From: a virus
Taxonomy: Duplodnaviria > Caudoviricetes
DNA length: 57,526 nt
Direction: 5' to 3' (one strand)
IMG/VR virus record: IMGVR_UViG_3300017646_000068
Span: 1 to 57,526 of that record
This document shows, piece by piece, positions 46,426 to 56,275 of this stretch (position 1 is the first letter of the stretch; the number at the start of each line of letters is the position of its first letter). The translations under genes were made by a program, and so were the position numbers. The notes beneath the pieces are model-generated. The model was not told where the DNA came from, searched no databases, and saw only the letters and a program-made list of their open reading frames with translations.

Positions 46426-48993
46426 ATGCCTTATTCACAAAAACAATGGCAAGATCGTATTAAAGATGCACAAGGAAATATTATTCAAGAAGGCACGCCT
46501 TTTAGTGCTGGTAACATGAACCGGATGGAGCAAGGAATTGCTGATGCCCACGCACAGTTAGAAGAAGCAGCTAGAGCAAAACAAACATTAATGCATGGTG
46601 TTAGCGTATTAAATGGCACTGTCGATGCTCCAGTTAATATCGAAATTGAAGGCCGTACATTAATTCCTATGCAAAACACGGTACTCGATCCATTAAAGTA
46701 CTATGTTTTAGCCGATAAGCGCACAAAATTAAAGTGGGCCGATGCAACGATTCAAGCTGGAATCGCTAAATTCACGGTAAAGGCAGAACGGCCAACATTA
46801 ATCCGCGTTGCGAATTTCGAGGGGAAAACGACGGGCAGTACGTTGGAGAATCCACATTTTTATAAAGGGAGACAGAATGCAGTCTTAGGGAATCCTACGG
46901 TAGGGGCCGATTTTGTAGAGAGGGCGCAGAGTGAAATTGATAAGATTAAATCACTTGACGGTTCGGTGAACAATAACCCGTTGTCTATAACGAGTGGGAA
47001 TATACCCCAACAATTATTTTCATTCGACCTAATCGCGGAAATAGAGCGTCAACTAGGTCGCATCCCGCGAACAACAGTTACGGATAAGGTGCAATGGATT
47101 AAAGACAATGTGAAAGAAGTGAGAATAAATTGGCACGGCTACGGAAATAGTGTCGTCGGGAATAAAGCTACTTTAGCGATTTGGAGAGTTGATACGAGTG
47201 CGTGGGATTACTCTCAAAATCACACTTCTGCAAGTGTCGCAAAAATAGGTTATGGATCAACAGCTATGAATACAAGGGTTGATGCAAATGCCTTCATCCA
47301 CTTCCTGGCCTACGCCGAACCATCAGACGGTGTAACATCATCAACAATCAACACCGACTATGTAGAGTTAGAAATCGAACTAAAACCGGAAGTTATCCTA
47401 CATGCTCCGCGCGTACCACTTTACGAGGTAACAAAAGAGCATTATGATGCAATCCTTGTAACGATGCTTGAGGATGAAGTCTTACGCCGTTATCCATCGG
47501 TGGAGGGTGTAACTCACTTACAAAACCCGTACATCATGGCGGAGGGCGAGAACTTATTGCCGCCGTTTAGTGAGTGGAATGTTCACGCTAATGCAACGAT
47601 TAAAGGCGCTTATGATATAGAATTAAACCCAACATCAACAGGGCAAGCGAACGTTTCACCTGTTATAATGTTTTCTTCTTTTGGCCAAAAAGTTACATTG
47701 ACAGGTGAGTTATCCGGAACTGCTAATTTGAATAGATACGATAAAAACGGGAATTATTTACGAACTACATCAATAACTACATTGCCAACAACGGTGACGC
47801 TAGCAGATGACACATATGGGGTCGCAATCAACTTTAATAACGCTTTGACAATAGGTAAATGCACATTAAAAAACCCAATGCTAACACTAGGCGATGTTGC
47901 AAAACCATTCACACCACGCAATCCATCCTATGCATTGTTTGAAACAAAGCTAGGTTCAGTCGGCGGCGTTGCAGACCGTTTATATGAGCAAGATGCGAAG
48001 TATTTCAAGCGCAAATCGATTGAGGATGTTGTTTTGGACGGTTCGATTCCTTGGGTGTTTGAGTCTAGCAAAACCGGTTATAAAGTATTCCGAGCTAATG
48101 CGCTACTAAATGTACCTACTGTTTCTTATTATCAATTGGTGGCAACTTCAAAATACAATGGTAAGATGTTGCCGAACTTACCGGCGACAACTGATTTTAC
48201 AGACGGGGACCAACTACATGTGTCTACATCACCGAGTTCGGGGTCAGTTAAAATATCTATCTCTAACCAAGATTCGGGGTTATCTGAAAGCAGAACGCCA
48301 ACAAACGATGAAGTAAAAGCTTATTTCAACGGCTGGAAAGTCAAAACAACCGACCCAACAACGTTTATTGGAACGGCGTGGACTTCTATCTTTGATGGAA
48401 CAGATGCACCAACGCAGACGTTAGACTATGTAAAAGCTAATAAAGCTCCAGGTTACACACCTTACAAACTGTCTTATGTCCTGCCGACTCCAAAAGTCGA
48501 AGAAATCAAATCCGAGGGCGCAATCAGTGTTAACGGATTAACGCAAATCGAAGTTGGTAGCGGGATTATTGTGAGGGAGAAAGTAACACCATCAACAACA
48601 GCAAGTTACGCTCATATCAACAATGTTGGCGTTGTCGGTGCGACTGATAATCCACTTTCAAAAAGAGCAGCGAAAATTTTAAATATTTATGCGAACGGTC
48701 AAAAAGATACTCAAAAATGGACTCCTTTTTCTACGTATGCAAACGGAGCGCAACGTATGCACTTGGAAATTGCGAATTATGATGCAACGGCAATATACAC
48801 CGTAACGTATCTAGTTTTTGACCGTCAACCGTTCACAGCAAATCCGGTTAATGTATCAGCTCAATTTGCCAATAACATCCGAACAGCTTTAGAAGATACA
48901 ACCAAAAAGGTTGAGGATGTTAAAACGGAAACATCTGTAAATTCATTAATTTTATATGATGTACTAAAACGATTAAAAGCGGGGGGCCTCTAA
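46426..48993 (+). CDS. Tail fibre/receptor-binding protein
   Basis: 855 aa; N-terminal WQDRI...GTPFSAGNMNRMEQGI, then a beta-rich body. Confidence 0.8.
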   Translation: MPYSQKQWQDRIKDAQGNIIQEGTPFSAGNMNRMEQGIADAHAQLEEAARAKQTLMHGVSVLNGTVDAPVNIEIEGRTLIPMQNTVLDPLKYYVLADKRTKLKWADATIQAGIAKFTVKAERPTLIRVANFEGKTTGSTLENPHFYKGRQNAVLGNPTVGADFVERAQSEIDKIKSLDGSVNNNPLSITSGNIPQQLFSFDLIAEIERQLGRIPRTTVTDKVQWIKDNVKEVRINWHGYGNSVVGNKATLAIWRVDTSAWDYSQNHTSASVAKIGYGSTAMNTRVDANAFIHFLAYAEPSDGVTSSTINTDYVELEIELKPEVILHAPRVPLYEVTKEHYDAILVTMLEDEVLRRYPSVEGVTHLQNPYIMAEGENLLPPFSEWNVHANATIKGAYDIELNPTSTGQANVSPVIMFSSFGQKVTLTGELSGTANLNRYDKNGNYLRTTSITTLPTTVTLADDTYGVAINFNNALTIGKCTLKNPMLTLGDVAKPFTPRNPSYALFETKLGSVGGVADRLYEQDAKYFKRKSIEDVVLDGSIPWVFESSKTGYKVFRANALLNVPTVSYYQLVATSKYNGKMLPNLPATTDFTDGDQLHVSTSPSSGSVKISISNQDSGLSESRTPTNDEVKAYFNGWKVKTTDPTTFIGTAWTSIFDGTDAPTQTLDYVKANKAPGYTPYKLSYVLPTPKVEEIKSEGAISVNGLTQIEVGSGIIVREKVTPSTTASYAHINNVGVVGATDNPLSKRAAKILNIYANGQKDTQKWTPFSTYANGAQRMHLEIANYDATAIYTVTYLVFDRQPFTANPVNVSAQFANNIRTALEDTTKKVEDVKTETSVNSLILYDVLKRLKAGGL

Positions 48994-48994
48994 T

Positions 48995-49225
48995 ATGGAT
49001 GAGTTGTTGCAAAGAGTATTACAGCAGTTAGGTAAAACACCAGAAGAATTTGATCAAGATGTTGAGGAAATGCGCAAGCAGTCAAACTCTGAAATGATGG
49101 CTAATTTAATTGCCATGCTGATGCAAAATGCAGAGTTTACAGCCATGATGCTATCAACATTAATGATGGAAAATGCTGATTTAAAATCAAGAGTTGAACA
49201 ATTAGAAGGGGGACAACCTGTATGA
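48995..49225 (+). CDS. Fibre-associated coiled-coil protein
   Basis: LMMENADLKSRVEQLEGG; position after the fibre gene. Confidence 0.65.
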   Translation: MDELLQRVLQQLGKTPEEFDQDVEEMRKQSNSEMMANLIAMLMQNAEFTAMMLSTLMMENADLKSRVEQLEGGQPV

Positions 49226-49338
49226 TAAACATGTATACAAGTGCCGTAAAATATGGATATATGACAATTGATCAAGTACCAACGCAATATCGCCTACAAG
49301 TTGAAGAAGCACTAAACCCGCAAACACCTGCTCAGTAA
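49222..49338 (+). CDS. XkdX/CD1375-like small protein (38 aa)
   Basis: MYTSAVKYGYMTIDQVPTQYRLQVEEAL. Confidence 0.7.
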   Translation: MINMYTSAVKYGYMTIDQVPTQYRLQVEEALNPQTPAQ

Positions 49339-49375
49339 GGTGTATTTTTTATGACTTGAAAAGGAGTGTTGGAAA

Positions 49376-49468
49376 ATAGAATTTTTCAAGGGCTGCATGT
49401 GGGGTGGTTTATTATCCATCCCAATGTGGATTATCATTATTTTGGCCATACGAGCTTTAATAAATTAA
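49376..49468 (+). CDS. Small hydrophobic ORF with ATA (non-canonical or mutated) start
   Basis: EFFKGCMWGGLLSIPMWIIIILAIRALIN after AAGGAG. Confidence 0.35.
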   Translation: MEFFKGCMWGGLLSIPMWIIIILAIRALIN

Positions 49469-49538
49469 TAAACAACTTCATGATCTGAGAAATGCCCTGT
49501 ACCGAGCAGGGCTATTTTTATGTAGAGCAGGTGGAGGA

Positions 49539-49829
49539 ATGACAATTGAAATTGGGTCATTAATTGCAGTTTGTGGCTTGCTGCTAAGTTATCTTACTTA
49601 TCAATTTAATAAGCAGAAAGAGAACAAGACAGATACACAGCAAGATGCGCGAATACAAGCGCAATTGGACTATATCAGCAAAGGTGTCGATGACATCAGA
49701 ATTGACCAAAAGGCAAGCGAAAAACAAATGGCAGCACATGGCGAGCGAATCACTAGACTTGAAGAATCTGCAAAGCAAGCTCATAAACGGTTAGATGCAA
49801 TGGAAAATAAGGAGGTAAATGAACGATGA
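49539..49829 (+). CDS. XhlA-like lysis accessory protein
   Basis: N-terminal TM, LDYISKGVDDI and ERITRLEESAKQAHKRLD. Confidence 0.75.
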   Translation: MTIEIGSLIAVCGLLLSYLTYQFNKQKENKTDTQQDARIQAQLDYISKGVDDIRIDQKASEKQMAAHGERITRLEESAKQAHKRLDAMENKEVNER

Positions 49830-50050
49830 AAGATATAGTTACTTTGCTAGGAGGGTTCTTAACGGCCCTTCTTTTCTTTTTTGGCACGATTGGCATTAAG
49901 TTTGATTGGTTTACCGAAGAAAGTATTAATGCCTTTGTATTAGTCTTATCTGCTTTTGTAGCACTTGTTATTAATCTATTCGCAGTGTGGAAAAATACTC
50001 ATACTGGTTGGTTTAAAAAGAAAAACCCCAAAAGGAAGGGGGATAAATAA
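49826..50050 (+). CDS. Holin
   Basis: Two TM segments, AVWKNT, basic tail; precedes the endolysin. Confidence 0.85.
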   Translation: MKDIVTLLGGFLTALLFFFGTIGIKFDWFTEESINAFVLVLSAFVALVINLFAVWKNTHTGWFKKKNPKRKGDK

Positions 50051-50736
50051 TGACTGATTATGCAGTAGTAGCTGGACATAATGACATTATTCCGGGAGCA
50101 TCTGGGAATGGATTTAAAGAACACGTTGTGGCAAGACAAATCAAAGATCGAGTGATTTATTTTTTAAAGCATCTTGGCGAAAAAGCTTATGATTGTACCG
50201 ATGAAATAGGTAAAACAAAAGAACAGGTATGGTTAAATGCAGCTAATAATTGTAATAAAAAAATCGGTAAAGATGGCATAGTGATTGCTTTACATCTTAA
50301 TGCTGGCGGCGGCACTGGAACAGAGGTATTTGATTATAAAGGTAAACAAAAAGCTAAATGCCAAGCCGTAGCGCAAAGGCTGGCAAAAGATTTTTGTTGG
50401 CCAACAAGAGGGGACAAAGGTTGGAAAGACGGGGATTGGATTGGACTGATTAAAAAAGCACAGGCCCCAGTTGTTTATATTGAGCTGTGCTTTATTGATA
50501 ATATTACAGATATCACTAAATTAACTCGTAATATCGACATGGCTGCAATCGGAATCGTTGAAGAGATTACAGGAAAGAAAGTTAATACTTCCTCTTCTAA
50601 GGAAACAAAACTAGCTGTTAAAGCGTCTGAAAATAAGTTTTATCGTGTGCAAGTTGGAGCATTCCAGAATAAAGAACATGCATTAGCCCTTGCAGCTGAA
50701 CTAAAGAAAAAAGGTTATCCAACTGTGATTGTTTAA
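50050..50736 (+). CDS. Endolysin: Amidase_3 plus SPOR-like binding domain
   Basis: AGH...E, ALHLNA, IELCFIDN and YRVQVGAF. Confidence 0.93.
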   Translation: MTDYAVVAGHNDIIPGASGNGFKEHVVARQIKDRVIYFLKHLGEKAYDCTDEIGKTKEQVWLNAANNCNKKIGKDGIVIALHLNAGGGTGTEVFDYKGKQKAKCQAVAQRLAKDFCWPTRGDKGWKDGDWIGLIKKAQAPVVYIELCFIDNITDITKLTRNIDMAAIGIVEEITGKKVNTSSSKETKLAVKASENKFYRVQVGAFQNKEHALALAAELKKKGYPTVIV

Positions 50737-50743
50737 TGTGAAA

Positions 50744-50770
50744 AGCCCTTACTCGTTTTGAGTAGGGGCT
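50744..50770 (+). terminator. Endolysin terminator; 27-bp direct repeat copy 1
   Basis: AGCCCTTACTCGTTTTGAGTAGGGGCT, identical to 53715-53741. Confidence 0.9.
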
Positions 50771-50986
50771 TTTATATTTTTTTTGTGTAAAAAGCACTAG
50801 TTATCTTGATGTTGTAGGGCTAGTGTGCTAGCCTTGAATAAGGCTTTCTATTATTTCGAAATATCTCTTTTTGTTTAAAGTTCTTTTTTATAGAAGGACT
50901 TCTTTTTTTATTTATTGGTGGCTTTAGTTTCCTCATGTTCTCTATTTTGGAATCAGCAGCAAAAAAGTCTTTAATATTTTAGGGAC

Positions 50987-51015
50987 TTGATTTATTATGA
51001 ACTTAACAATATAAT
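50987..51015 (+). promoter_or_regulatory. SigA-type promoter of the three-gene cassette
   Basis: TTGATT-17-TATAAT. Confidence 0.7.
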
Positions 51016-51105
51016 ATGAAAATTTAGATGTTTGTTTGATATTAGGTCAAAAAGGACATATTTATTAATAAAACCATCTTATTTTATTAGGAGGAGGAGT
51101 AGCGA

Positions 51106-51654
51106 ATGAGTAAAAAATTATATATGTATCGTATTTTACCGGGCTACAAAGATACCCCTTTCCATAGTAATGAACAAGATGGTGTATTCCTTTCTCATAA
51201 TTGGCCTTTACTAGGTTTAGACAGACAGATTTGGCGTGGACAGAAAGTTAAAAAATTCCAAACTGAAATTCCAGTGAAGCCTTTTGAAGTGAGACAAAAG
51301 AAGTTTGATCTTCTTATTTCCATATCAAAAGAGATAGGAATTAGGCTAATTAAAATTAATTTTTCAAATGATTTGTATGAGGAAGAACATATAGCTTTGC
51401 TTAGCCTTATTCGAATGTCTGATATAGAAGGAATTCTGCAGTTTATTGAGCAACAAAGGTATGATTTTGGTAATGATATCGAATCAATTACTTTTTTAGT
51501 GGATGACAGTAATCCTAAAGAACATGTTACGTTTACAAGAGAAGGTGTTTTGATTAGTGATATAGATGATGAACAAGAGCTGGAAGATATGCTATCATCT
51601 TTACCAATAGGTGTTTTATCTGGTACTTATTTACCGAATCTAGAAGAGTTGTAA
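51106..51654 (+). CDS. Hypothetical protein, gene A of the three-gene cassette
   Basis: 182 aa; RBS AGGAGGAGG. Confidence 0.85.
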   Translation: MSKKLYMYRILPGYKDTPFHSNEQDGVFLSHNWPLLGLDRQIWRGQKVKKFQTEIPVKPFEVRQKKFDLLISISKEIGIRLIKINFSNDLYEEEHIALLSLIRMSDIEGILQFIEQQRYDFGNDIESITFLVDDSNPKEHVTFTREGVLISDIDDEQELEDMLSSLPIGVLSGTYLPNLEEL

Positions 51655-51673
51655 AATGGGGGATGATTATTAG

Positions 51674-52369
51674 TTGGAAAGAGGACTTGTTTTTCGTGAA
51701 TTGATTAAACAACTCATTTCTCTTGGGTTGTTTTATTGTTTAATGAGCATTTGGTGGGGAGATGAACAATGGTTTAAAGATAAAGTAAAAGAACTTTCTT
51801 TTTTTATCAGTATGGGCTTTATTTTTCTAATTGTCTCCCTGCTAACTTATGCGATATCTAGACCCATTCTCCTTCAAATTGAACAGACTAATAAGCACTT
51901 TGGTAGATCGGAAACCACTTTTTCTATTTCTGGAACCCAAAAAACTCAAGAGCATGAACGGGTCGTAGACTTAACAATTAATGTTGTTAAGAATGTATCT
52001 ATTTGGACTTGGCTTACAAGAAAGATTATAGAAAAAATGGATATTTATATTTTAATAGAACCGGTAACCCCGGGACTAGTATTAGAAGCGGAAAATGAGG
52101 CAATGCGTACTGATATTGTGTCCACACCAACAGGGTTCAAAATTAAGGTAGGAGAATATATTGCTAGAATTTTAAGAAGGTCTAATTCAGGCGAACATAG
52201 CAAGGGCTGTGAGTACGTTATTCAGGAGGACAGAGGAAATGTTGTAAGTAGCGAAACATTTCAAATAAACCCTGTGCTAATGTCACGTAATAAAGAAGCT
52301 CCTTCATGGGTGACCCTCTTTATTCGATTTAATAGCCCAAGCCACATCGTTCATTTTAAATGGGAGTGA
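51674..52369 (+). CDS. Two-TM protein, gene B of the cassette
   Basis: Two N-terminal hydrophobic helices, then a beta-rich soluble domain. Confidence 0.85.
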   Translation: MERGLVFRELIKQLISLGLFYCLMSIWWGDEQWFKDKVKELSFFISMGFIFLIVSLLTYAISRPILLQIEQTNKHFGRSETTFSISGTQKTQEHERVVDLTINVVKNVSIWTWLTRKIIEKMDIYILIEPVTPGLVLEAENEAMRTDIVSTPTGFKIKVGEYIARILRRSNSGEHSKGCEYVIQEDRGNVVSSETFQINPVLMSRNKEAPSWVTLFIRFNSPSHIVHFKWE

Positions 52370-52378
52370 GGTAAAAGA

Positions 52379-53419
52379 ATGGCAGGGAAAGAAACTAAAC
52401 TAACTGTATGGGCTTTAGATCCTGAACTATCAATTGATGATATTCCGGAACTTCTTAATTTAGATTATTCGAAATATATTGAATATCTCAATGGTGCAGA
52501 CAGAGACTTGAATGAGTTTGACCGGAAATTGTTACATAGATGGCGAGAGTATAGTAATACTCAAGGAATCAATATTCAGAGTAAGGAAATATCAGGTCTG
52601 ACCATCAGGTGTGTCTCTGCATACGCCTTTATCGAGAGTCCCGCCCCTCAAAATCAGGCAGTGATAGGGGATTTTGTTTTACCACGCGAAAGAAGGGTCA
52701 GTCCTACGGAACTTCCTGTTTTCTTTTTTGAGTATATGAGAAGGGTGTACGCAATAGTTGTTGGTCCCGAATATAAGACAAGATATATACGCTCGGCGTT
52801 AATGGGCGGAGGACGTAATCCTGATGAGCAGCATACTAGATGGAAGAAGGTCCAATTTAAGGATATTCCAAATTACACATTCTCCAGTGATTTCTTTTAC
52901 TGGCTAATAAGTAAACAAAATACGACTGTAGGTACATCTTTAGTAAACATGGATATTAGCGATATCAGGTATTTATCTCAATCTGCTGATAGGAGAGATG
53001 TACATCACGAAAGTGAAGGAGATAACTTACTGGATGAAGCCATGTCTAAAACTGGTTTAGGTGTTAACAGCCGAGTTGGACAAGTTGGAACCACTATTAC
53101 ATGTCCAGGGGCTAACTTGAGATTTATCTTATTTGAGACAGGGGACTGCTATGTTGATAATTACCTTTCATCTGTAATTGGGCCTACGGGAGAAATCGAG
53201 CCGTTTGAAAATTATTTGGATATAGGCGCACTCATGTTATATGCAATAGTTCTTCCGGAACTAAAATCTGCATTTAACCACGAGAAAGATAGTCTCCAAT
53301 GGACAACCCGACACCAAGCTGATTCACGTAAAACGTGGGCTCTGGGAGCAATAAATGAACTTTGTTCAGAAAATGATATTAGCATAGAAGAAATTAAAGA
53401 TCTCGATTGGTTTAAATAA
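52379..53419 (+). CDS. Hypothetical protein, gene C of the cassette
   Basis: 346 aa; followed by the terminator CTGCTC..GAGCAG and a T tract. Confidence 0.85.
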   Translation: MAGKETKLTVWALDPELSIDDIPELLNLDYSKYIEYLNGADRDLNEFDRKLLHRWREYSNTQGINIQSKEISGLTIRCVSAYAFIESPAPQNQAVIGDFVLPRERRVSPTELPVFFFEYMRRVYAIVVGPEYKTRYIRSALMGGGRNPDEQHTRWKKVQFKDIPNYTFSSDFFYWLISKQNTTVGTSLVNMDISDIRYLSQSADRRDVHHESEGDNLLDEAMSKTGLGVNSRVGQVGTTITCPGANLRFILFETGDCYVDNYLSSVIGPTGEIEPFENYLDIGALMLYAIVLPELKSAFNHEKDSLQWTTRHQADSRKTWALGAINELCSENDISIEEIKDLDWFK

Positions 53420-53527
53420 AAAGGTTCTGCTCTAATTTGGAGCAGGCTTTTTTTATGTCAAATTCGTGAAGTTGAAGGATTTACTCTATCCAACGCTGAA
53501 TTATTCAGAAAAGGAGAGGTGATACAT

Positions 53528-53713
53528 ATGAAGAAACTACTTGAAATTCATTGTTGGGATTGTCGCCTGAGACTAGATCCAGACGATGTAGTTAACATGG
53601 ATGAAATCTACACGTTAACACACGACTTTTGCAACTCTATGGGGTTTAAGATTGAAGATACGGGGACATATGAGGAAATAGCGAAAAGACACCCGTACTA
53701 TTATAAGAAATAA
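53528..53713 (+). CDS. Small CxxC/HxxC Zn-binding protein
   Basis: CWDC...HDFC; SigH-like promoter at 53474-53502. Confidence 0.7.
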   Translation: MKKLLEIHCWDCRLRLDPDDVVNMDEIYTLTHDFCNSMGFKIEDTGTYEEIAKRHPYYYKK

Positions 53714-53714
53714 T

Positions 53715-53741
53715 AGCCCTTACTCGTTTTGAGTAGGGGCT
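53715..53741 (+). repeat. 27-bp direct repeat copy 2 (terminator)
   Basis: Identical to 50744-50770. Confidence 0.9.
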
Positions 53742-53772
53742 AAATAAAAAAAGTCTTAATCAATTTACTGTT

Positions 53773-54381
53773 CTAACTTCCTTCACTTTCCACTAATTGT
53801 TTATTCGGTTGCCTTCCGTACTTATACATCAACTCAGCCAGTTCGTGCCTATCGACTAGCTTGATGCGGTTTGCCTTCGCTAAGTTTTCTGCCGGTTTAG
53901 TAAAAAATCGATTAGTAACAACGATACCTTCGGAAGCTTTATACATCGCCAGTGCTCCCACGACTTCCTGCACCGCTTTCACGCCTACTTTTTTTCCTTC
54001 ACCATAGCATTTAGCTTGAATGATGCTTATGCAGCCTTTTCGTTTTAAAATTAAGTCGGCGCCATATTCTCCTGAACCTTTTGTTACTTTGGCTCGATAG
54101 CCTTGTTGTTCATAAAGGGGAGCTAGGAAGTGTTCAAACTCATGACCACTCAAACTATCGACATCTTCAATGCTGGACTGCAGGTAACGCCTTGCCTGCA
54201 TATAACCAGCGATTGGCTTACCGAACAGAAGATATGCCCCTGTAAACAAAAGAATGATTAGGAGAGGCATGAAAAAGCTATAGAGTGATTTGGCTTGAGG
54301 TAGAATCAAAAGAACGATAATTACAGCAAGTGGTGTGATGCTGATTACTTTTGGTTGTCTTCTCCTTCGTCGTCTGGCCAT
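53773..54381 (-). CDS. Membrane-anchored Mrr-like restriction endonuclease
   Basis: Two TMs, then LSGHEFEHFL...GY...GADL...IQAKCY...AVQEV...VVTNRFFT. Confidence 0.88.
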   Translation of the reverse strand: MARRRRRRQPKVISITPLAVIIVLLILPQAKSLYSFFMPLLIILLFTGAYLLFGKPIAGYMQARRYLQSSIEDVDSLSGHEFEHFLAPLYEQQGYRAKVTKGSGEYGADLILKRKGCISIIQAKCYGEGKKVGVKAVQEVVGALAMYKASEGIVVTNRFFTKPAENLAKANRIKLVDRHELAELMYKYGRQPNKQLVESEGS

Positions 54382-54495
54382 AATACCGCCTACCTTGTTT
54401 TTCTTTTAGGGATTTCCCATAGAGACAATGTTTATTCAATAATTTTATTTGGATTAGCACTCCTGAAAGCTCACCTGAAAAATAGGTGGGCTATT

Positions 54496-54693
54496 TTATT
54501 CTGCTAAATGCCCCCATAATTCCTCTACTGTCATCTCTAGCACCCTTGCTATTCTCATGGCTACTGGTAACGTAGGAATCGATTTCCCTCGTACAATTAA
54601 ACTAAAAGCACCTCGTGATAAACCAGCCTTTTCCGCAATAAATCCCTGTTTCAACCCTCGTTCATCGAGTATCTTTTTTAATTTCGTCTCCAT
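54496..54693 (-). CDS. Xre-family regulator
   Basis: LKQGFIAEKAGLSRGAFSLIVRGKSIPTL; divergent from the FtsK gene. Confidence 0.88.
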   Translation of the reverse strand: METKLKKILDERGLKQGFIAEKAGLSRGAFSLIVRGKSIPTLPVAMRIARVLEMTVEELWGHLAE

Positions 54694-54734
54694 TCTAATC
54701 ACCTCGTTATTTTTATATTCGATGAAAATTTTGC

Positions 54735-54932
54735 TTGTCCTTTAAACTTTTTAGTTATAGGACAAATCATGCCTTCAATATACATTTACAAATTCACAAA
54801 AACATACAGAAACAAGGTCGCCACAACATTCGTTTTCTATGTTCGTTCAACGATTCGTTATATGAATATGCAAGCGAACTTTACAAGACCCATCGTTTCA
54901 AGGGTTTCGGCACTTATTTCGGCATTCGTTTT
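54735..54932. repeat. Inverted repeat and TTCG-core direct repeat cluster
   Basis: TTGTCCT-N17-AGGACAA (54735-65); TTCGTT at 54829, 54842, 54854 and 54925; TTTCGGCA at 54905 and 54917. Confidence 0.7.
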
Positions 54933-54976
54933 CCTTGAAACTATTTATAAATAAATACTTAAAAGGCGGTGGTGTG

Positions 54977-56275
54977 ATGCTGTTTGAAATTACAACAACT
55001 TCATTGATGGCTGGTTTAGTCGGATATTCTTATTTGAAAAAGAACGGTCTCTCCGATGTAGATAAGATTCAAAAGATTTGTTTGAATTGCGGATTGACCA
55101 TTAAAGAAGGGAGCGATACGAAAACAATACAGTTATATAGAAAGAAAAAATATGATTGGGGAACAGAGTATGTGTATAGAATTCCTCTTGGTCTTTCATT
55201 CCAAGATTTCGAGAAACGAATCCATCATTTGAGAGATGGCTTAAATAGCAAAAAGTCTGTTATAGAACTTTCTGATTTGCTTAAGTTAAATTTCAGAACA
55301 AACATTATTAAACAGGTTCAGAACGTTATTAAAAATCGAAAACATTTACAGAAAGATGTTGAATTGGAGTATGACGGGATGCTTCATATAAAGGTCCTGA
55401 GTAATCCTTTGCCAGTAAACCTTCTATTTGATGAATCGTTACTTAGTAAGTGTAAAGGTTGGCAAATACCACTAGGTCAAACTCGATATGGATTTATTCA
55501 TTATGACATGGAAAGGGGACATATTACTTTAGCTGGATCAACCAGGAAAGGGAAAACTGTATTTCTTAAATTGCTAATTACTTCATTAATATATCGACAG
55601 TCTAATAATACAAAATTAACGCTTATCGATTTAAAAGGCGGCCTTGCTTTTACTCGATTCAAGGATCTTAAACAAGTAGAAACGGTTGCTACTGATTTGA
55701 ATAGTGCATTAAAAGCTTTAAAAAACGTCAAAAACGAAATGGAGAAAACGAAAGGATGGTTTGATAAAAGTGGATGTGAAGACATTAAAGAAGCTGGGAT
55801 TAATACTAGACATTTCATTATTGTTGATGAAGCAGCGCAAATCTCGCCGCAAATCATCACCGGGAAAGAAGAGAAAGAAAAAGCGCGTCAATGCGAAGAA
55901 GTACTCTCGGAAATAGCGCGAATCGGAGCTGGGTTAGGGTACCGTCTTGTCTATTGCTCACAGTATCCTACGGCCGATGTAATGAACAAGCAAATCAAGC
56001 AGAACTGCGATACGGTTATTACTTATAAATTGAGGGATGCTATTGCTTCTCGTGTGGTCTTAGATGAATCAGGAGCAGAAGATTTACCGATACCAGGTCG
56101 AGCGATATATAAAACGCCAGATGGTGTGCAGATTGTTCAAACTCCGTTTATAACGAATGAACAAATAGAAAAAATCATTAAGCCTAACATTGTTATGAAA
56201 GCCAGGAAGGAGGATATAGCTATTGAAGAACCAGCAGAGGCTAGAAGAAATACTTTTGAGCTTGAAGAAATGTGA
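54977..56275 (+). CDS. FtsK/SpoIIIE-family ATPase
   Basis: N-terminal hydrophobic segment, AGSTRKGKT, IDLKGG, IIVDEAA and SQYP. Confidence 0.92.
   Translation: MLFEITTTSLMAGLVGYSYLKKNGLSDVDKIQKICLNCGLTIKEGSDTKTIQLYRKKKYDWGTEYVYRIPLGLSFQDFEKRIHHLRDGLNSKKSVIELSDLLKLNFRTNIIKQVQNVIKNRKHLQKDVELEYDGMLHIKVLSNPLPVNLLFDESLLSKCKGWQIPLGQTRYGFIHYDMERGHITLAGSTRKGKTVFLKLLITSLIYRQSNNTKLTLIDLKGGLAFTRFKDLKQVETVATDLNSALKALKNVKNEMEKTKGWFDKSGCEDIKEAGINTRHFIIVDEAAQISPQIITGKEEKEKARQCEEVLSEIARIGAGLGYRLVYCSQYPTADVMNKQIKQNCDTVITYKLRDAIASRVVLDESGAEDLPIPGRAIYKTPDGVQIVQTPFITNEQIEKIIKPNIVMKARKEDIAIEEPAEARRNTFELEEM

Noticed and set aside
26046-49784. Many short antisense or alternate-frame ORFs inside structural genes (e.g. 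39413-39883)
   Set aside because: Shadow ORFs of well-supported genes, without RBS or motifs.
54735-54954. Track ORFs 54735-54938 and 54769-54954
   Set aside because: They overlap the operator-like repeat and the TTCG cluster and have no RBS; likely non-coding.
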